Positions 1 to 8,763 of a stretch of 64,000 nucleotides of DNA are shown piece after piece. Within the stretch, counting starts at the first letter, position 1. Each line of letters begins with the position of its first letter. This stretch comes from Patescibacteria group bacterium (lineage in GTDB: Bacteria; Patescibacteriota; Patescibacteriia; Buchananbacterales; GWA2-38-13): the NCBI GenBank assembly GCA_028712155.1, contig JAQTQO010000003.1, positions 2,309 to 66,308 on the forward strand, in the 5' to 3' direction. The notes under the pieces are model-generated. The model had not been told where the DNA came from and did no database searches. It was given only the letters and a program-made list of their open reading frames with translations. The position numbers and the translations under genes are program-made.

Positions 1-130
1 AACCAACAGAATGAAAATCAGGGCGGCAAAGAGCGCCGTCTGGGCGGCAAAGTATGCCCGGCGGTGCATTTTGGCCTGGCCGGCGGAAATTTTTTCAATC
101 ACCTGCTCGCGGACGGACGGGGTAGGCGCT

Positions 131-700
131 TCATGTTTTTCCATAGGTTGGATTCAACGTATCATAAATTTTTCGCAGCGCAGACCGGCCGCGTTTGAGG
201 CGAACGCCGACCGTGGAGGCCGGAATCCGCAAAATTTCGGCGATCTCCCGGTAGTCGAGCTCTTCAAAGTAATACAGCACCAGCGGTTCGCGGTACTTGG
301 GCGGCAGGCGCTGCAAGCTGGAATGCAGCGTGGTTTTCAGATCGTTGGCGATGACGTCGCGGTCCGCGTGGTCCCGGGAGTGCGGATGGGGGAACAGTAC
401 GTCGGGGTCGAAGAAAGGGATCGGTTCCCGCCGCTTCCGTTTGATGGTATTTATGAACTCATTGTGGGCGATGCGGTACAGCCAGGGCGAAAATTTGCGC
501 TTCGGATCGAAGCTGCGGATATTAACGTAGGCTTTCAGGAAGGCTTCCTGTACCGTGTCCTCGGCGTCTTCGTAGCCAAACAGAAAGCGCCGCGCGTACC
601 GCAGCATTTTGGATTCATACCGTTCGACCAGAATTCCGAATGCCTGCCCGTCACCCCGCTGCACCTGGATGGCGATGTCTTCATCGGTACGCTCAGCCAT
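131..700 (-). CDS. RNA polymerase sigma factor, ECF subfamily (sigma-70 family)
   Basis: Region 2 motif 'DAEDTVQEAFLKAY' and region 4 HTH 'LDYREIAEILRIPASTVGVRLKRGR'; ORF runs to 721, with the Met at 700 ('MAERTDEDIA') the typical ECF start. Confidence 0.85.
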   Translation of the reverse strand: MAERTDEDIAIQVQRGDGQAFGILVERYESKMLRYARRFLFGYEDAEDTVQEAFLKAYVNIRSFDPKRKFSPWLYRIAHNEFINTIKRKRREPIPFFDPDVLFPHPHSRDHADRDVIANDLKTTLHSSLQRLPPKYREPLVLYYFEELDYREIAEILRIPASTVGVRLKRGRSALRKIYDTLNPTYGKT

Positions 701-799
701 AGCCTTTAATAGTACTACCATACGCAGCGGAATTTATTTCATACCCAGGCCTCCCGCGCACTCACGTCATCACGGCCGCTTGGGACCGTTCGCGCGTAC

Positions 800-828
800 T
801 TGTGGGGATTTTTCTCCTCCGCTATACT
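800..828 (+). promoter_or_regulatory. sigma70-like promoter of the hydrogenase operon (TTGTGG-N17-TATACT)
   Basis: -35 at 800-805, -10 'tatact' at 823-828, about 55 nt upstream of the ferredoxin ATG. Confidence 0.4.
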
Positions 829-885
829 AATGAGGAGAGAACATTATATACCCGCACCCCGGTCGGGTCAATTGATTCCCGTCAT

Positions 886-1161
886 ATGGCAGAACAAAAA
901 ATCGCAAAAATTGTGGTCGATCGCAACCTGTGCATCGGTGCGGCCACGTGCGTGGTGACCGCCGGCACGGTGTTCGAACTTGACGGCGAAAATAAAGCCG
1001 TCATTTTGCAGCAGGGTGGTACGAAAAATTCCGGTCCTGCCAAACGAGCCGTTCTTAAAGACGCGGCGGTGGCGGATGCAACGATCCTGGCGGCGGCGCA
1101 ATCGTGCCCCACGCGCGCGATTTTCCTCTATGATGCAGCGGAAAAACAAATCTTTCCCTAA
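886..1161 (+). CDS. small ferredoxin (single Fe-S cluster, Pyrococcus-type CxxAxxC...CP)
   Basis: 'DRNLCIGAATCV...AQSCPTRAI' cluster-binding pattern; ATG at 886; first gene of the hydrogenase operon. Confidence 0.65.
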   Translation: MAEQKIAKIVVDRNLCIGAATCVVTAGTVFELDGENKAVILQQGGTKNSGPAKRAVLKDAAVADATILAAAQSCPTRAIFLYDAAEKQIFP

Positions 1162-2404
1162 GTCGAAGACCACCGAGGTGAAATATTTGATCATCGGCGG
1201 CGGGGTGGCCGGAACCACAGCCGCCGAAACCATCCGGGAGCGCGACGCTACCGGCAGTATTACGATCGTTTCCGACGAACCTTACCGGCTGTACTCCCGC
1301 ATCATGCTGTCCAAACCGAATTTTTTCCTTGGAAAAATTCCGTTCGAGCAGATCTGGTTAAAATCTGAGTCGTGGTACACCGACAAGAGAATTACGTTCA
1401 TGCCTGGCACGCGGGCCCAGACGCTTGACGCAGAAAATCAGCAGGTGACGCTCAGTAACGGGATGGTGTTCCGGTATGAAAAATTACTGCTCGCGGTGGG
1501 CGTGCTGCCCAATGCATGGCAAGTTCCGGGGTCAGACCGCCGGGGGGTCAATCAGCTGCGCACTCTGGACGATGCGAAAGTCATTATCCAGGGGATTAAG
1601 CGGGTGAAACACGCGGTTTGTATCGGCAGCGGGTTTACGACCTTTGAGATGTGCGACATGCTGCGGATGGCCGGCGTGGACGTCACGGTGGTGATGCGCG
1701 AGCCGCACTACTGGGATCCGCTATTGGATTCTGTATCAGGCGGCTTGATTGAACAGGCGATGGTGAAAGGCGGCGTGAAAATCGTCCGGCAGGCGCTGGT
1801 TAAAACGGTGGACGGCGGCAGGAGCGTCACTGGCGTCACTTTGGAAAGCGGCGAAAAGATTCCTTGCAGCATGGTCATCGCCGGCGTGGGAACGTACGTG
1901 CCGTGCGATTGGGTGAAAACAGGCGGGGTCGCGGTGAACCGCGGCATTTTAGCCAATGAATATCTCGAGACGAATTTCTCCAATATTTGGACTGCGGGAG
2001 ACTGTGCCGAGTTCAACGACCTTATTCTTGAAGAGCAGTTGGTGCTGGGGAATTGGGCCAATAGCCGGCAGCAGGGAGCCTTGGCCGGCGGCAATATGGT
2101 CGGCGGGCGCACGGCGTTCAAGATGGTATCATTTTATACCGCCAATGGATTCGATATAACGATCGCGTTTGTCGGTGACGTCCGGGCCAAAGACCGGCAG
2201 GTGATCGTGCGGGGCAGTTCCGCCCAGGGATTCTACATCCGTCTGATCGTTGACGATCATGATGAGATTGCCGGCGCGACGTTCATCAATAAGACGCCGG
2301 AGATGGCGCCGGTGTCCAAGCTGATCGAGACCAACGTGAAGGTATCGCCGATCCGGCCGCAGCTGGAAGATCCGGCGTTCGATTTACACAAGCTCGTATC
2401 CTGA
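1130..2404 (+). CDS. FAD-dependent NAD(P)H:ferredoxin oxidoreductase (pyridine nucleotide-disulfide oxidoreductase, AIF/putidaredoxin-reductase-like)
   Basis: FAD Rossmann 'KYLIIGGGVAGTTAAE', ferredoxin-reductase motif 'EPYRLYSRIMLSK', second dinucleotide site 'CIGSGFTTFE', 'TAGDCAEF'; alternative start GTG 1178 just before the Rossmann fold. Confidence 0.8.
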   Translation: MMQRKNKSFPKSKTTEVKYLIIGGGVAGTTAAETIRERDATGSITIVSDEPYRLYSRIMLSKPNFFLGKIPFEQIWLKSESWYTDKRITFMPGTRAQTLDAENQQVTLSNGMVFRYEKLLLAVGVLPNAWQVPGSDRRGVNQLRTLDDAKVIIQGIKRVKHAVCIGSGFTTFEMCDMLRMAGVDVTVVMREPHYWDPLLDSVSGGLIEQAMVKGGVKIVRQALVKTVDGGRSVTGVTLESGEKIPCSMVIAGVGTYVPCDWVKTGGVAVNRGILANEYLETNFSNIWTAGDCAEFNDLILEEQLVLGNWANSRQQGALAGGNMVGGRTAFKMVSFYTANGFDITIAFVGDVRAKDRQVIVRGSSAQGFYIRLIVDDHDEIAGATFINKTPEMAPVSKLIETNVKVSPIRPQLEDPAFDLHKLVS

Positions 2405-2409
2405 GATCT

Positions 2410-2982
2410 ATGCCGATCAAAAAACTCCGCGCGCGACCGAAGAAAGCCAAGACGGCGGTTTTGAAGAAAACTGCCGCGGTCCCGGTACCGGCCGAGGAAC
2501 AAAAGATCCGGATCGGCTGGTTTACCTTTTCGTGCAGCGAGGATAATACGGTGGTGATGACCGAGATCATGAACGACCACTGGCAGGAATGGAAAAAAAT
2601 GTTTGATTTCCGCCACGTCCGGATGCTGAAATCCCACAATATTCTCGACGCCCTTGATATCGTTTTCATCGAAGGGGCGATCGCCTCGGAAGAGCAGGCC
2701 CAAAAGCTTAAGGAAATCCGGCAGCGGTCCAAGCTGCTGGTGGCGGTTGGCGCGTGCGCCTGCGTCGGTCTGCCGGCCGGGCAGCGCAACACGTTTACGG
2801 AAATTCAGCGCGCCAAAATCGAACATCTGGTGGCGAAATTTGCCGCCCTGCCGAAAGTGCTGAAAGTGGCGGAGGTCGTTTCCGTGGACGCGGAAGTTCC
2901 GGGCTGCCCGATGGACCCGGCGAATTTTTTGCGCGTGGTCAACCAGGCCGTCGCTCGGGTGCGGGCGGAGAGGCGGTCATAA
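2410..2982 (+). CDS. [NiFe]-hydrogenase small subunit, minimal HoxY/HydD-like (proximal 4Fe-4S cluster only)
   Basis: Four Cys in 'FSCSED', 'GACACVG', 'PGCP'; lies immediately 5' of the large subunit; basic 30-aa N-terminal extension. Confidence 0.75.
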   Translation: MPIKKLRARPKKAKTAVLKKTAAVPVPAEEQKIRIGWFTFSCSEDNTVVMTEIMNDHWQEWKKMFDFRHVRMLKSHNILDALDIVFIEGAIASEEQAQKLKEIRQRSKLLVAVGACACVGLPAGQRNTFTEIQRAKIEHLVAKFAALPKVLKVAEVVSVDAEVPGCPMDPANFLRVVNQAVARVRAERRS

Positions 2983-2995
2983 CCCATCGTGTGCT

Positions 2996-4291
2996 ATGCA
3001 TACCGTCGATCTTGATTTCACCATCGACCGGGTGACGAAAGTGGAAGGCTCGGCGTCGCTGGACGTGAAGGTGCGCGGCGGCAAAGTGCAGGAAGTCCGC
3101 TTCAAGATTACCGAGTACAAGCGGTTCTTCACCCAGGCGATGCTGGGCAAGCCGATCGCGGCGTTGCCGCAGCTTTTGTCGCGCATTTGCGGCACGTGTT
3201 CCAACGCTCACCTCCTCTGCTCGATCGAAGCGTGCGAACATGCGCTCGGGGTGGTGCCGTCGCCGCAGACGATGCTGCTGCGCATGCTGACGATGTACGG
3301 TCTCATGATCCGGGACCACGCGCTCCATTTGTATTTGTTTTCCATGCCGGATATCTTCGGCAAGGATGCATTTCTGGATCTTGATGAATCCAACCCGGAA
3401 CAGCATCAGATGCTGCACGACGGCTTCGAGGTCAAGGCGGCGGGCAATTACCTCGCGACGTTGGTCGCCGGCCGTTCCGTACACGCGCTGTATCCGGCCA
3501 TCGGCGGTCACCTGCGCACTCCCGATGCCGAAGGTATCGCGGAGGCGGTTAAGAAATTAACGGCGGTGCGGCCGGCGGTCCTGCGCCTGATCGACATTTT
3601 TGCGCAGGCACCGTTCCATTTTGACCGGCAGACCAATTTCATGGCGCTGGTTCCCGAGCGGTACGGTTTTCTTAAGGGCGTGATCGTCACCAGCCGGGGC
3701 GATCGCATCCAGGAGGAGCAGTTCCGGCGGCACCTTGAGCGCGTTGTGCTCCCGTACTCCCAGGCGTCGGCGTACAAGCACCAGGCATCGTCGTACATGG
3801 TCGGGTCACTTGCGCGGATTAACCTCGCGAGCGATCACCTGCATCCCAAAACCAAAGAGTCGGCCGCACACGTATTGAAACACTTCCCATCGACGGATGT
3901 CTTTCACAACAATTTGGCCCAGGCGATTGAGATACTCCATGCGGTTGACGATGCTATCGAGATGCTTACGACGCACCAGTTCAAACCGGAACCGGTACCG
4001 AAACTGGTCTACCGCGAGGCCGTCGGGGTCGGCGTTATCGAAGCGCCCCGCGGTACGCTCTACCATGAGGTTGGAATCGGCGCCGACGGCGTGGTCACCC
4101 ACGGAGAAATCGTGGTCCCGACGGGGCAAAACCAGATCAATATCGAAGAGGACGTTCACCGGCTGGTCCAGGATCTTCTGCCGCATGTCACGCGCGAAAT
4201 ACTGACGCATGAAATCGAAAAGCTCATCCGGGCATACGATCCGTGCATGAGCTGCGCTTCCCACTTCTTGAAGGTGAACTGGGACGCGTGA
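2996..4291 (+). CDS. [NiFe]-hydrogenase large (catalytic) subunit, group 3-like
   Basis: N-terminal 'RICGTCSNAH' (RxCGxCxxxH) and C-terminal 'DPCMSCASH' (DPCxxCxxH) Ni-Fe ligand motifs. Confidence 0.92.
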   Translation: MHTVDLDFTIDRVTKVEGSASLDVKVRGGKVQEVRFKITEYKRFFTQAMLGKPIAALPQLLSRICGTCSNAHLLCSIEACEHALGVVPSPQTMLLRMLTMYGLMIRDHALHLYLFSMPDIFGKDAFLDLDESNPEQHQMLHDGFEVKAAGNYLATLVAGRSVHALYPAIGGHLRTPDAEGIAEAVKKLTAVRPAVLRLIDIFAQAPFHFDRQTNFMALVPERYGFLKGVIVTSRGDRIQEEQFRRHLERVVLPYSQASAYKHQASSYMVGSLARINLASDHLHPKTKESAAHVLKHFPSTDVFHNNLAQAIEILHAVDDAIEMLTTHQFKPEPVPKLVYREAVGVGVIEAPRGTLYHEVGIGADGVVTHGEIVVPTGQNQINIEEDVHRLVQDLLPHVTREILTHEIEKLIRAYDPCMSCASHFLKVNWDA

Positions 4292-4324
4292 TAAATTTGC
4301 TTACCGGGCCGGTCGCCACATTTG

Positions 4325-4362
4325 AAACTCTGACGCCTCACGGAGGTGTCAGAGTTTATCTT
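4325..4362 (+). terminator. intrinsic terminator after the hydrogenase operon
   Basis: Perfect 10-bp stem 'aaactctgac'/'gtcagagttt' extended by cctc/gagg, followed by 'ttatctt'. Confidence 0.6.
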
Positions 4363-4506
4363 GGGCGGTGGAGGGCGAATGAACAAAGTGTGTTACCTTT
4401 CTGATATTTATCGTATGTTTATAGTACGGGAAAAAGCTGGTAAAATAACCGCAGAGTGGTTATCGCCATGTATGGCCGTAGTGCCGGGCGGGCGAAGTCA
4501 ATTATC

Positions 4507-5088
4507 ATGACGCATCAGTGCATGGAGCTGGATGAACGCACAATTATCCGCAGGATTCAGGCCGGAGATTTTGATGATTTTCATCATTTGTATGACGCCT
4601 ACGCGCGGCGGATTTACCTGTTCATCTACTACCGGACCTACCACAAGGAAACGGCGGAAGACTTGACCAGTGAGGCGTTCCTCAAGGCGTTCCGGGGGAT
4701 CGGGAGTTTTGATGCCGCCAAAGGAACGTTCGGCGCGTGGCTCTACCGGATCGCCCGCAACGTGGTCATTGACCACTACCGCACCGCGCACCCGACCGTT
4801 GATATGGAAAGCATATGGGACCTCTCAACCGACGATGACGTCGCGCAGGAGGTGGATGTCCGGCAGGATCTGGACCGCGTGCGAGGGTATCTTAAAGATT
4901 TAAAACCCGAGCAGCGCTCCGTGATCATCATGCGCGTATGGGACGAGCTGAGCTACCAGGAAATCGCTGACATCACGGGCAAGTCGGTTCCGAGCTTGAA
5001 AATGATGTTTTCGCGTGCGATCGCGCAATTGCGCCGGGATCTGCCGCTGGGGATGTTACTTTTGGCGCTGTGGCGCGTTTATCATTAG
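4507..5088 (+). CDS. RNA polymerase sigma factor, ECF subfamily
   Basis: 'AEDLTSEAFLKAFRGIGSFD', 'FGAWLYRIARNVVIDHYR', region 4 'LSYQEIADITGKSVPSLKMMFSRAIAQLR'; ORF opens at GTG 4456, start uncertain. Confidence 0.85.
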   Translation: MTHQCMELDERTIIRRIQAGDFDDFHHLYDAYARRIYLFIYYRTYHKETAEDLTSEAFLKAFRGIGSFDAAKGTFGAWLYRIARNVVIDHYRTAHPTVDMESIWDLSTDDDVAQEVDVRQDLDRVRGYLKDLKPEQRSVIIMRVWDELSYQEIADITGKSVPSLKMMFSRAIAQLRRDLPLGMLLLALWRVYH

Positions 5089-5091
5089 TGT

Positions 5092-6636
5092 ATGGAACAA
5101 AAAATCCAAAAAATTCTCCGCGACCTCTACAAGATTGACGGCACGCTGCGGCAGCACGATGGAGAGCTGCACGAAATCGTTGCCCGACTGATCGCGTCTC
5201 GGCCGGATGCGGTCCTCGACCAGCGTTTTCACGATGCGCTGCGGCAAACCATCGCCCAGGCGCTGCGCGCCCGATCTTCACCGGCGGTTGCGAGTACTCG
5301 CCAGACAAACTATTTCTTAACCTATATGAAAAAAGCATTGTACGCACTCATCCCGGCTTCGGTCGGTGCACTGGCCGTGCTGTTGGCCGTCGTGTACGGC
5401 GGCAAGATGAAGATTTTGTCGCCGACTGCGCCGGGCGCAGCGTCGCCGGTCTTTGAACAGCATCAGAGCATCATCGCCCGGGGTAACGAAGCGTTCGGTA
5501 AATTGGTTGCCAGCAACTCCGTTTCCCAAGCGGAACAATCCGGTACGTCCGTTGGCAAAGCGGTCGGTTTGGGCGGCGGCGGCAGCGCCCCGATGGCGGT
5601 TTCCGCCGACAGCGGCAAACGGTCGTCTATGGTGGCGCCGGTTCCCGGCTTTGCTCCCGAGTGGACGGCCTACCACTATGTGTACCAGGGGGATCCGTTG
5701 ATGTTGGCTGACGACACGGTTGAAGTATTGCGACGGACCAAGGGTGCGGGAAATGGCGCCGCGGTAGCAGCCGTGCTGCAGGGTATGAATTTCGGTGTGG
5801 CCGACCTCAAGAGTTTTACGAGCCTGCAGGTACAGTCGTTTTCGCTGCGCGAGGATAAAGAGTACGGCTATACCGTTGACGTGAACATTCCCGAAGGGAC
5901 CGTCGGCATCGGCCAAAACTACGAGCGTTGGCCCTATCCGAAGTGCAGCGATGAAGCGTGCTACCAGAACTCCCGCCTCAAGGAGTCGGATATGCTCTCC
6001 GACACGGCAGCCATCCAGATCGCGGATACGTTCGTCCGCGAACACAATTTGGCGCAAAGCGACTACGGTACACCGGAAATTGTGGACGATTGGCGCGTGC
6101 TGTACGCCCAAACTACGGTCAAGACAGACTTTTATTTCCCGGAAGCGGTCAATGTCCTGTACCCGCTGACGGTGAACGGCAAACCGGTGTATGATGACAG
6201 CGGCCGGAAGGTCGGCATGAACATCACCGTTGATGTGCGGTTCAAGCGGGTGTCCGGCGCGTACAACATCGCCACGCAGACGTACGAGAGCTCCAGCTAC
6301 GCCGCCGAAAAGAACGCCGATGCCATTCTCAAGATTTTGGGGCAGGGAGGGCAGTATGCCGGGTACGACGCCCAAGCGCCAAAGATCGTTGACGTGACGG
6401 TGGGTGCACCCCAGACGGCTTACCTGAAGATGTGGCAGTACAACGAGAAGGGAAGTAATGAGCTGCTGGTGCCGGCGTTGGTTTTTCCCATCGCCAAGTC
6501 ACCGGAGCCGTACTTCTGGCGCAAAGCCGTGGTGATCCCGCTGGCCTCTGAACTCTTGCAGCAAACGAATTCCGGCGGGCCCATCCGGACATTGGAGAAA
6601 AGCGTGCCGTCGGTCGTCGTGCCGCCGTCCCAATAA
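5092..6636 (+). CDS. membrane protein, putative anti-sigma factor partner (cytoplasmic N-terminus, one TM, large extracytoplasmic domain)
   Basis: Start 3 nt after the ECF sigma stop; TM 'ALYALIPASVGALAVLLAVVYGG'; no recognisable catalytic motif; anti-sigma role inferred from adjacency only. Confidence 0.45.
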   Translation: MEQKIQKILRDLYKIDGTLRQHDGELHEIVARLIASRPDAVLDQRFHDALRQTIAQALRARSSPAVASTRQTNYFLTYMKKALYALIPASVGALAVLLAVVYGGKMKILSPTAPGAASPVFEQHQSIIARGNEAFGKLVASNSVSQAEQSGTSVGKAVGLGGGGSAPMAVSADSGKRSSMVAPVPGFAPEWTAYHYVYQGDPLMLADDTVEVLRRTKGAGNGAAVAAVLQGMNFGVADLKSFTSLQVQSFSLREDKEYGYTVDVNIPEGTVGIGQNYERWPYPKCSDEACYQNSRLKESDMLSDTAAIQIADTFVREHNLAQSDYGTPEIVDDWRVLYAQTTVKTDFYFPEAVNVLYPLTVNGKPVYDDSGRKVGMNITVDVRFKRVSGAYNIATQTYESSSYAAEKNADAILKILGQGGQYAGYDAQAPKIVDVTVGAPQTAYLKMWQYNEKGSNELLVPALVFPIAKSPEPYFWRKAVVIPLASELLQQTNSGGPIRTLEKSVPSVVVPPSQ

Positions 6637-6755
6637 ATAATGATCCCGGTAAACTCGGGACAGGTACAAAAATTTATGCTCATCCGGGGAACGATTCCCG
6701 CATGAGTAGCGCGTCCCGGTTCTCCAAAGACCGGGACGCGTAACCGTAATAACGT

Positions 6756-7028
6756 ATGGCCAAAAAGTCATTTACGGCCGATGAGGCGAAAGCGGTCGGC
6801 GGAAAACTCGGCATCGACTGGTCCAAGTTCGACGTTGAGCAGTTCCGGATGGGCATGGATGTGGAGCTCGAGCATGGCCTGCGCGATCCCCACACCAACG
6901 TCACCAATGACGACCCGCTGACGACGGGAAAAATTGCGCTTGCCCACCTGAACGAGTTTCCGGATTATTACACGCGGCTGGATACAATGGAAAAAGAGGG
7001 GGACGCATTCTGGAAAGGAAGGGCGTGA
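6756..7028 (+). CDS. small conserved hypothetical protein (DUF5661-like 'ELEHG...AHLNEFPDYY')
   Basis: 90-aa ORF with its own downstream terminator; family assignment from memory only. Confidence 0.4.
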   Translation: MAKKSFTADEAKAVGGKLGIDWSKFDVEQFRMGMDVELEHGLRDPHTNVTNDDPLTTGKIALAHLNEFPDYYTRLDTMEKEGDAFWKGRA

Positions 7029-7059
7029 GGGCAACAGAATATTTTTGTGTTTACGGCAG

Positions 7060-7100
7060 CGGCGCGGCAACTGCCGCGCCGTTTGATTTGACTTTTTCGC
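7060..7100 (+). terminator. intrinsic terminator
   Basis: 9-bp GC stem 'cggcgcggc'/'gccgcgccg', loop 'aact', then T-rich 'tttgatttgacttttt'. Confidence 0.6.
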
Positions 7101-7184
7101 TTTCCTCCCGCAAGATTTCGATACGGAAGCTGCGCGGAGCAGTTTTCAACGCAGGCACATTGGCATTTTTTGGAGGACGACGTC

Positions 7185-8249
7185 ATGGCGCCAGAAGGAG
7201 CGTCTACGTACAAAGCCGCCGGGGTTGACCTCGATGCGGCCGACCGGTTCGAAGACATGATCAAGGAGCGGGTCGCGGCGACGTGGCCCGATACTGGGGG
7301 AGAGATCGGCGGGTTCGCCGGCGGTGGTCCCATTCCGCCCGGGGCCACTCACCTCAAGGGTTCCACCGACGGCACCGGCACCAAGGCGATTCTTGCCGCG
7401 CTGCTGGGGAAGTTCGACGGGCTGGGTCAGGATGCGGTCGCCATGTCCGCGGTGGACATGTACGTGTCCGGCAATCGTCCGACGTACCTGCTGGACACGC
7501 TGGACGTGGGCCACCTGGATCCCGATCTCCACATCGCCGTCATCGAGAGCGTGATCCGCGGCTGCCAGCGTGCCGGCTGCAAGCTCATCGGCGGCGAGAC
7601 CGCCGAGCTGCCCGACCTGTTCCGACACCCGTGGATGGTGAACGTCAACGCGCACGCCATCGGCTTTCCCGCCGAGGAGCTGAAGTTCGGGACAGTCAAG
7701 TCGGGCCAGGCCGTGTACGGCTGGGCGTCCCACGGGCCGGGATCGAACGGCTTTTCCCTGCTGCGCAAGGTCTTCAAGCTCAAGGACGAGCCGGCCCGGG
7801 CGCGTCGGCGACTCTTGCGCGAGTACGATGAGCTCGGTACGCTGCCGTTGCACTCGGCCCTGCTGGCGCCCACGGAGATCTGGATTCAGGAGATCGAGCG
7901 GCAGCGCAAGGCCGGCGTCCGGTTCTGTGGCCACGCACACATCACCGGTTCCGGCATGCCGGGCAACATTCCGCGCATCCTGCCTCCCGACTGCAAGGTC
8001 GTCATCGACCGCAGCCGGTGGGGACGTCCGCTCATCTTCCGCCTGACCCAGGAGATGGGCCACGTGAGCGAGGCCGAGATGGATCGCGTCTTCAACCAGG
8101 GAGTCCAGGTCGTTTCCATCGTGTCCCAAGATAGTCCATCGGTGGTGCAGGATCGTTTCGCACACATGATCGGAACGGTCGAGTCTCGCACCGACGACGA
8201 GCCGCAGGTCGTGTTCACCGGAAAACACAGCGACGGCGAGATCTTCTAG
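7185..8249 (+). CDS. purM: phosphoribosylformylglycinamidine cyclo-ligase (AIR synthetase)
   Basis: 'YKAAGVDLDAA', 'GGFAGG', 'GSTDGTGTK', 'GGETAELP' PurM-family motifs; SD GGAGG 8 nt before ATG 7185; markedly GC-rich (about 68-70%). Confidence 0.85.
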   Translation: MAPEGASTYKAAGVDLDAADRFEDMIKERVAATWPDTGGEIGGFAGGGPIPPGATHLKGSTDGTGTKAILAALLGKFDGLGQDAVAMSAVDMYVSGNRPTYLLDTLDVGHLDPDLHIAVIESVIRGCQRAGCKLIGGETAELPDLFRHPWMVNVNAHAIGFPAEELKFGTVKSGQAVYGWASHGPGSNGFSLLRKVFKLKDEPARARRRLLREYDELGTLPLHSALLAPTEIWIQEIERQRKAGVRFCGHAHITGSGMPGNIPRILPPDCKVVIDRSRWGRPLIFRLTQEMGHVSEAEMDRVFNQGVQVVSIVSQDSPSVVQDRFAHMIGTVESRTDDEPQVVFTGKHSDGEIF

Positions 8250-8292
8250 TAGTCGCCGCCGTTCTCCGACACCACGGCACCCCAATTACGCA

Positions 8293-8330
8293 ATCGCCTT
8301 GCCGATCTCCGACAAGGCGATTTTTTTATT
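8293..8330 (+). terminator. intrinsic terminator after purM
   Basis: Stem 'atcgccttg'/'caaggcgat', 11-nt loop, followed by T7. Confidence 0.75.
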
Positions 8331-8350
8331 GTCGAGTGCAGGGTAGTTTC

Positions 8351-8734
8351 CTATGCTCTGACCTGCTTGAGAATTTCTGTTACCGCGCGGAAAGTATGTT
8401 CGGGATCTGCGGCCGGAGGAACCCCAATGATAAGCACTTCCTTGATGTGGCCGAGTTTTTGGAGATAGCGGAGGTTTGCGTAGGCGTCGAAATCGTGCAG
8501 CGTGACGTTCGGCGCGGGGACGAATTTTTTCAAATCGGAAAAAACCGTGACCCGGTCAACGCCGACGACGGTATCCAATACCACCAGCCGTTCCGGTACG
8601 GCCCACTCTTCGTTGGGGTCAACCACCTGAAATTGCACTGTGGGAAACTGCTGCCGAAGTTTGGGCAGCAGTTGCAGCGGCAGCGCGTCGCCGGGAAGAT
8701 CGGGGTTGCCAAAGACGAATATTTCCATGATCAA
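8351..8734 (-). CDS. hydrogenase maturation endopeptidase (HycI/FrhD-type)
   Basis: 'FVFGNPDLPGDALP' (cf. HycI 'CVGNSMMGDDGAGP'), 'LVVLDTVVG', 'TLHDFD', 'EVLIIGVPP' match the HycI layout of Ni-ligand Asp/His; 127 aa. Confidence 0.6.
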   Translation of the reverse strand: MIMEIFVFGNPDLPGDALPLQLLPKLRQQFPTVQFQVVDPNEEWAVPERLVVLDTVVGVDRVTVFSDLKKFVPAPNVTLHDFDAYANLRYLQKLGHIKEVLIIGVPPAADPEHTFRAVTEILKQVRA

Positions 8735-8763
8735 TCATTATCAGAAGCTTCGCTGAGGCGCAT

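Noticed and set aside
11-709. 232-aa plus-strand ORF
   Set aside because: Lies entirely antisense to the well-supported ECF sigma gene (131-700) and has no motifs or SD, so it is an antisense artefact of high GC.
5317-6375. 352-aa minus-strand ORF
   Set aside because: Antisense to the membrane protein co-transcribed with the ECF sigma; no start context or motifs.
7146-8285. 379-aa minus-strand ORF opposite purM
   Set aside because: The plus-strand frame carries unmistakable PurM motifs and an SD. The minus ORF is a by-product of the roughly 70% GC here.
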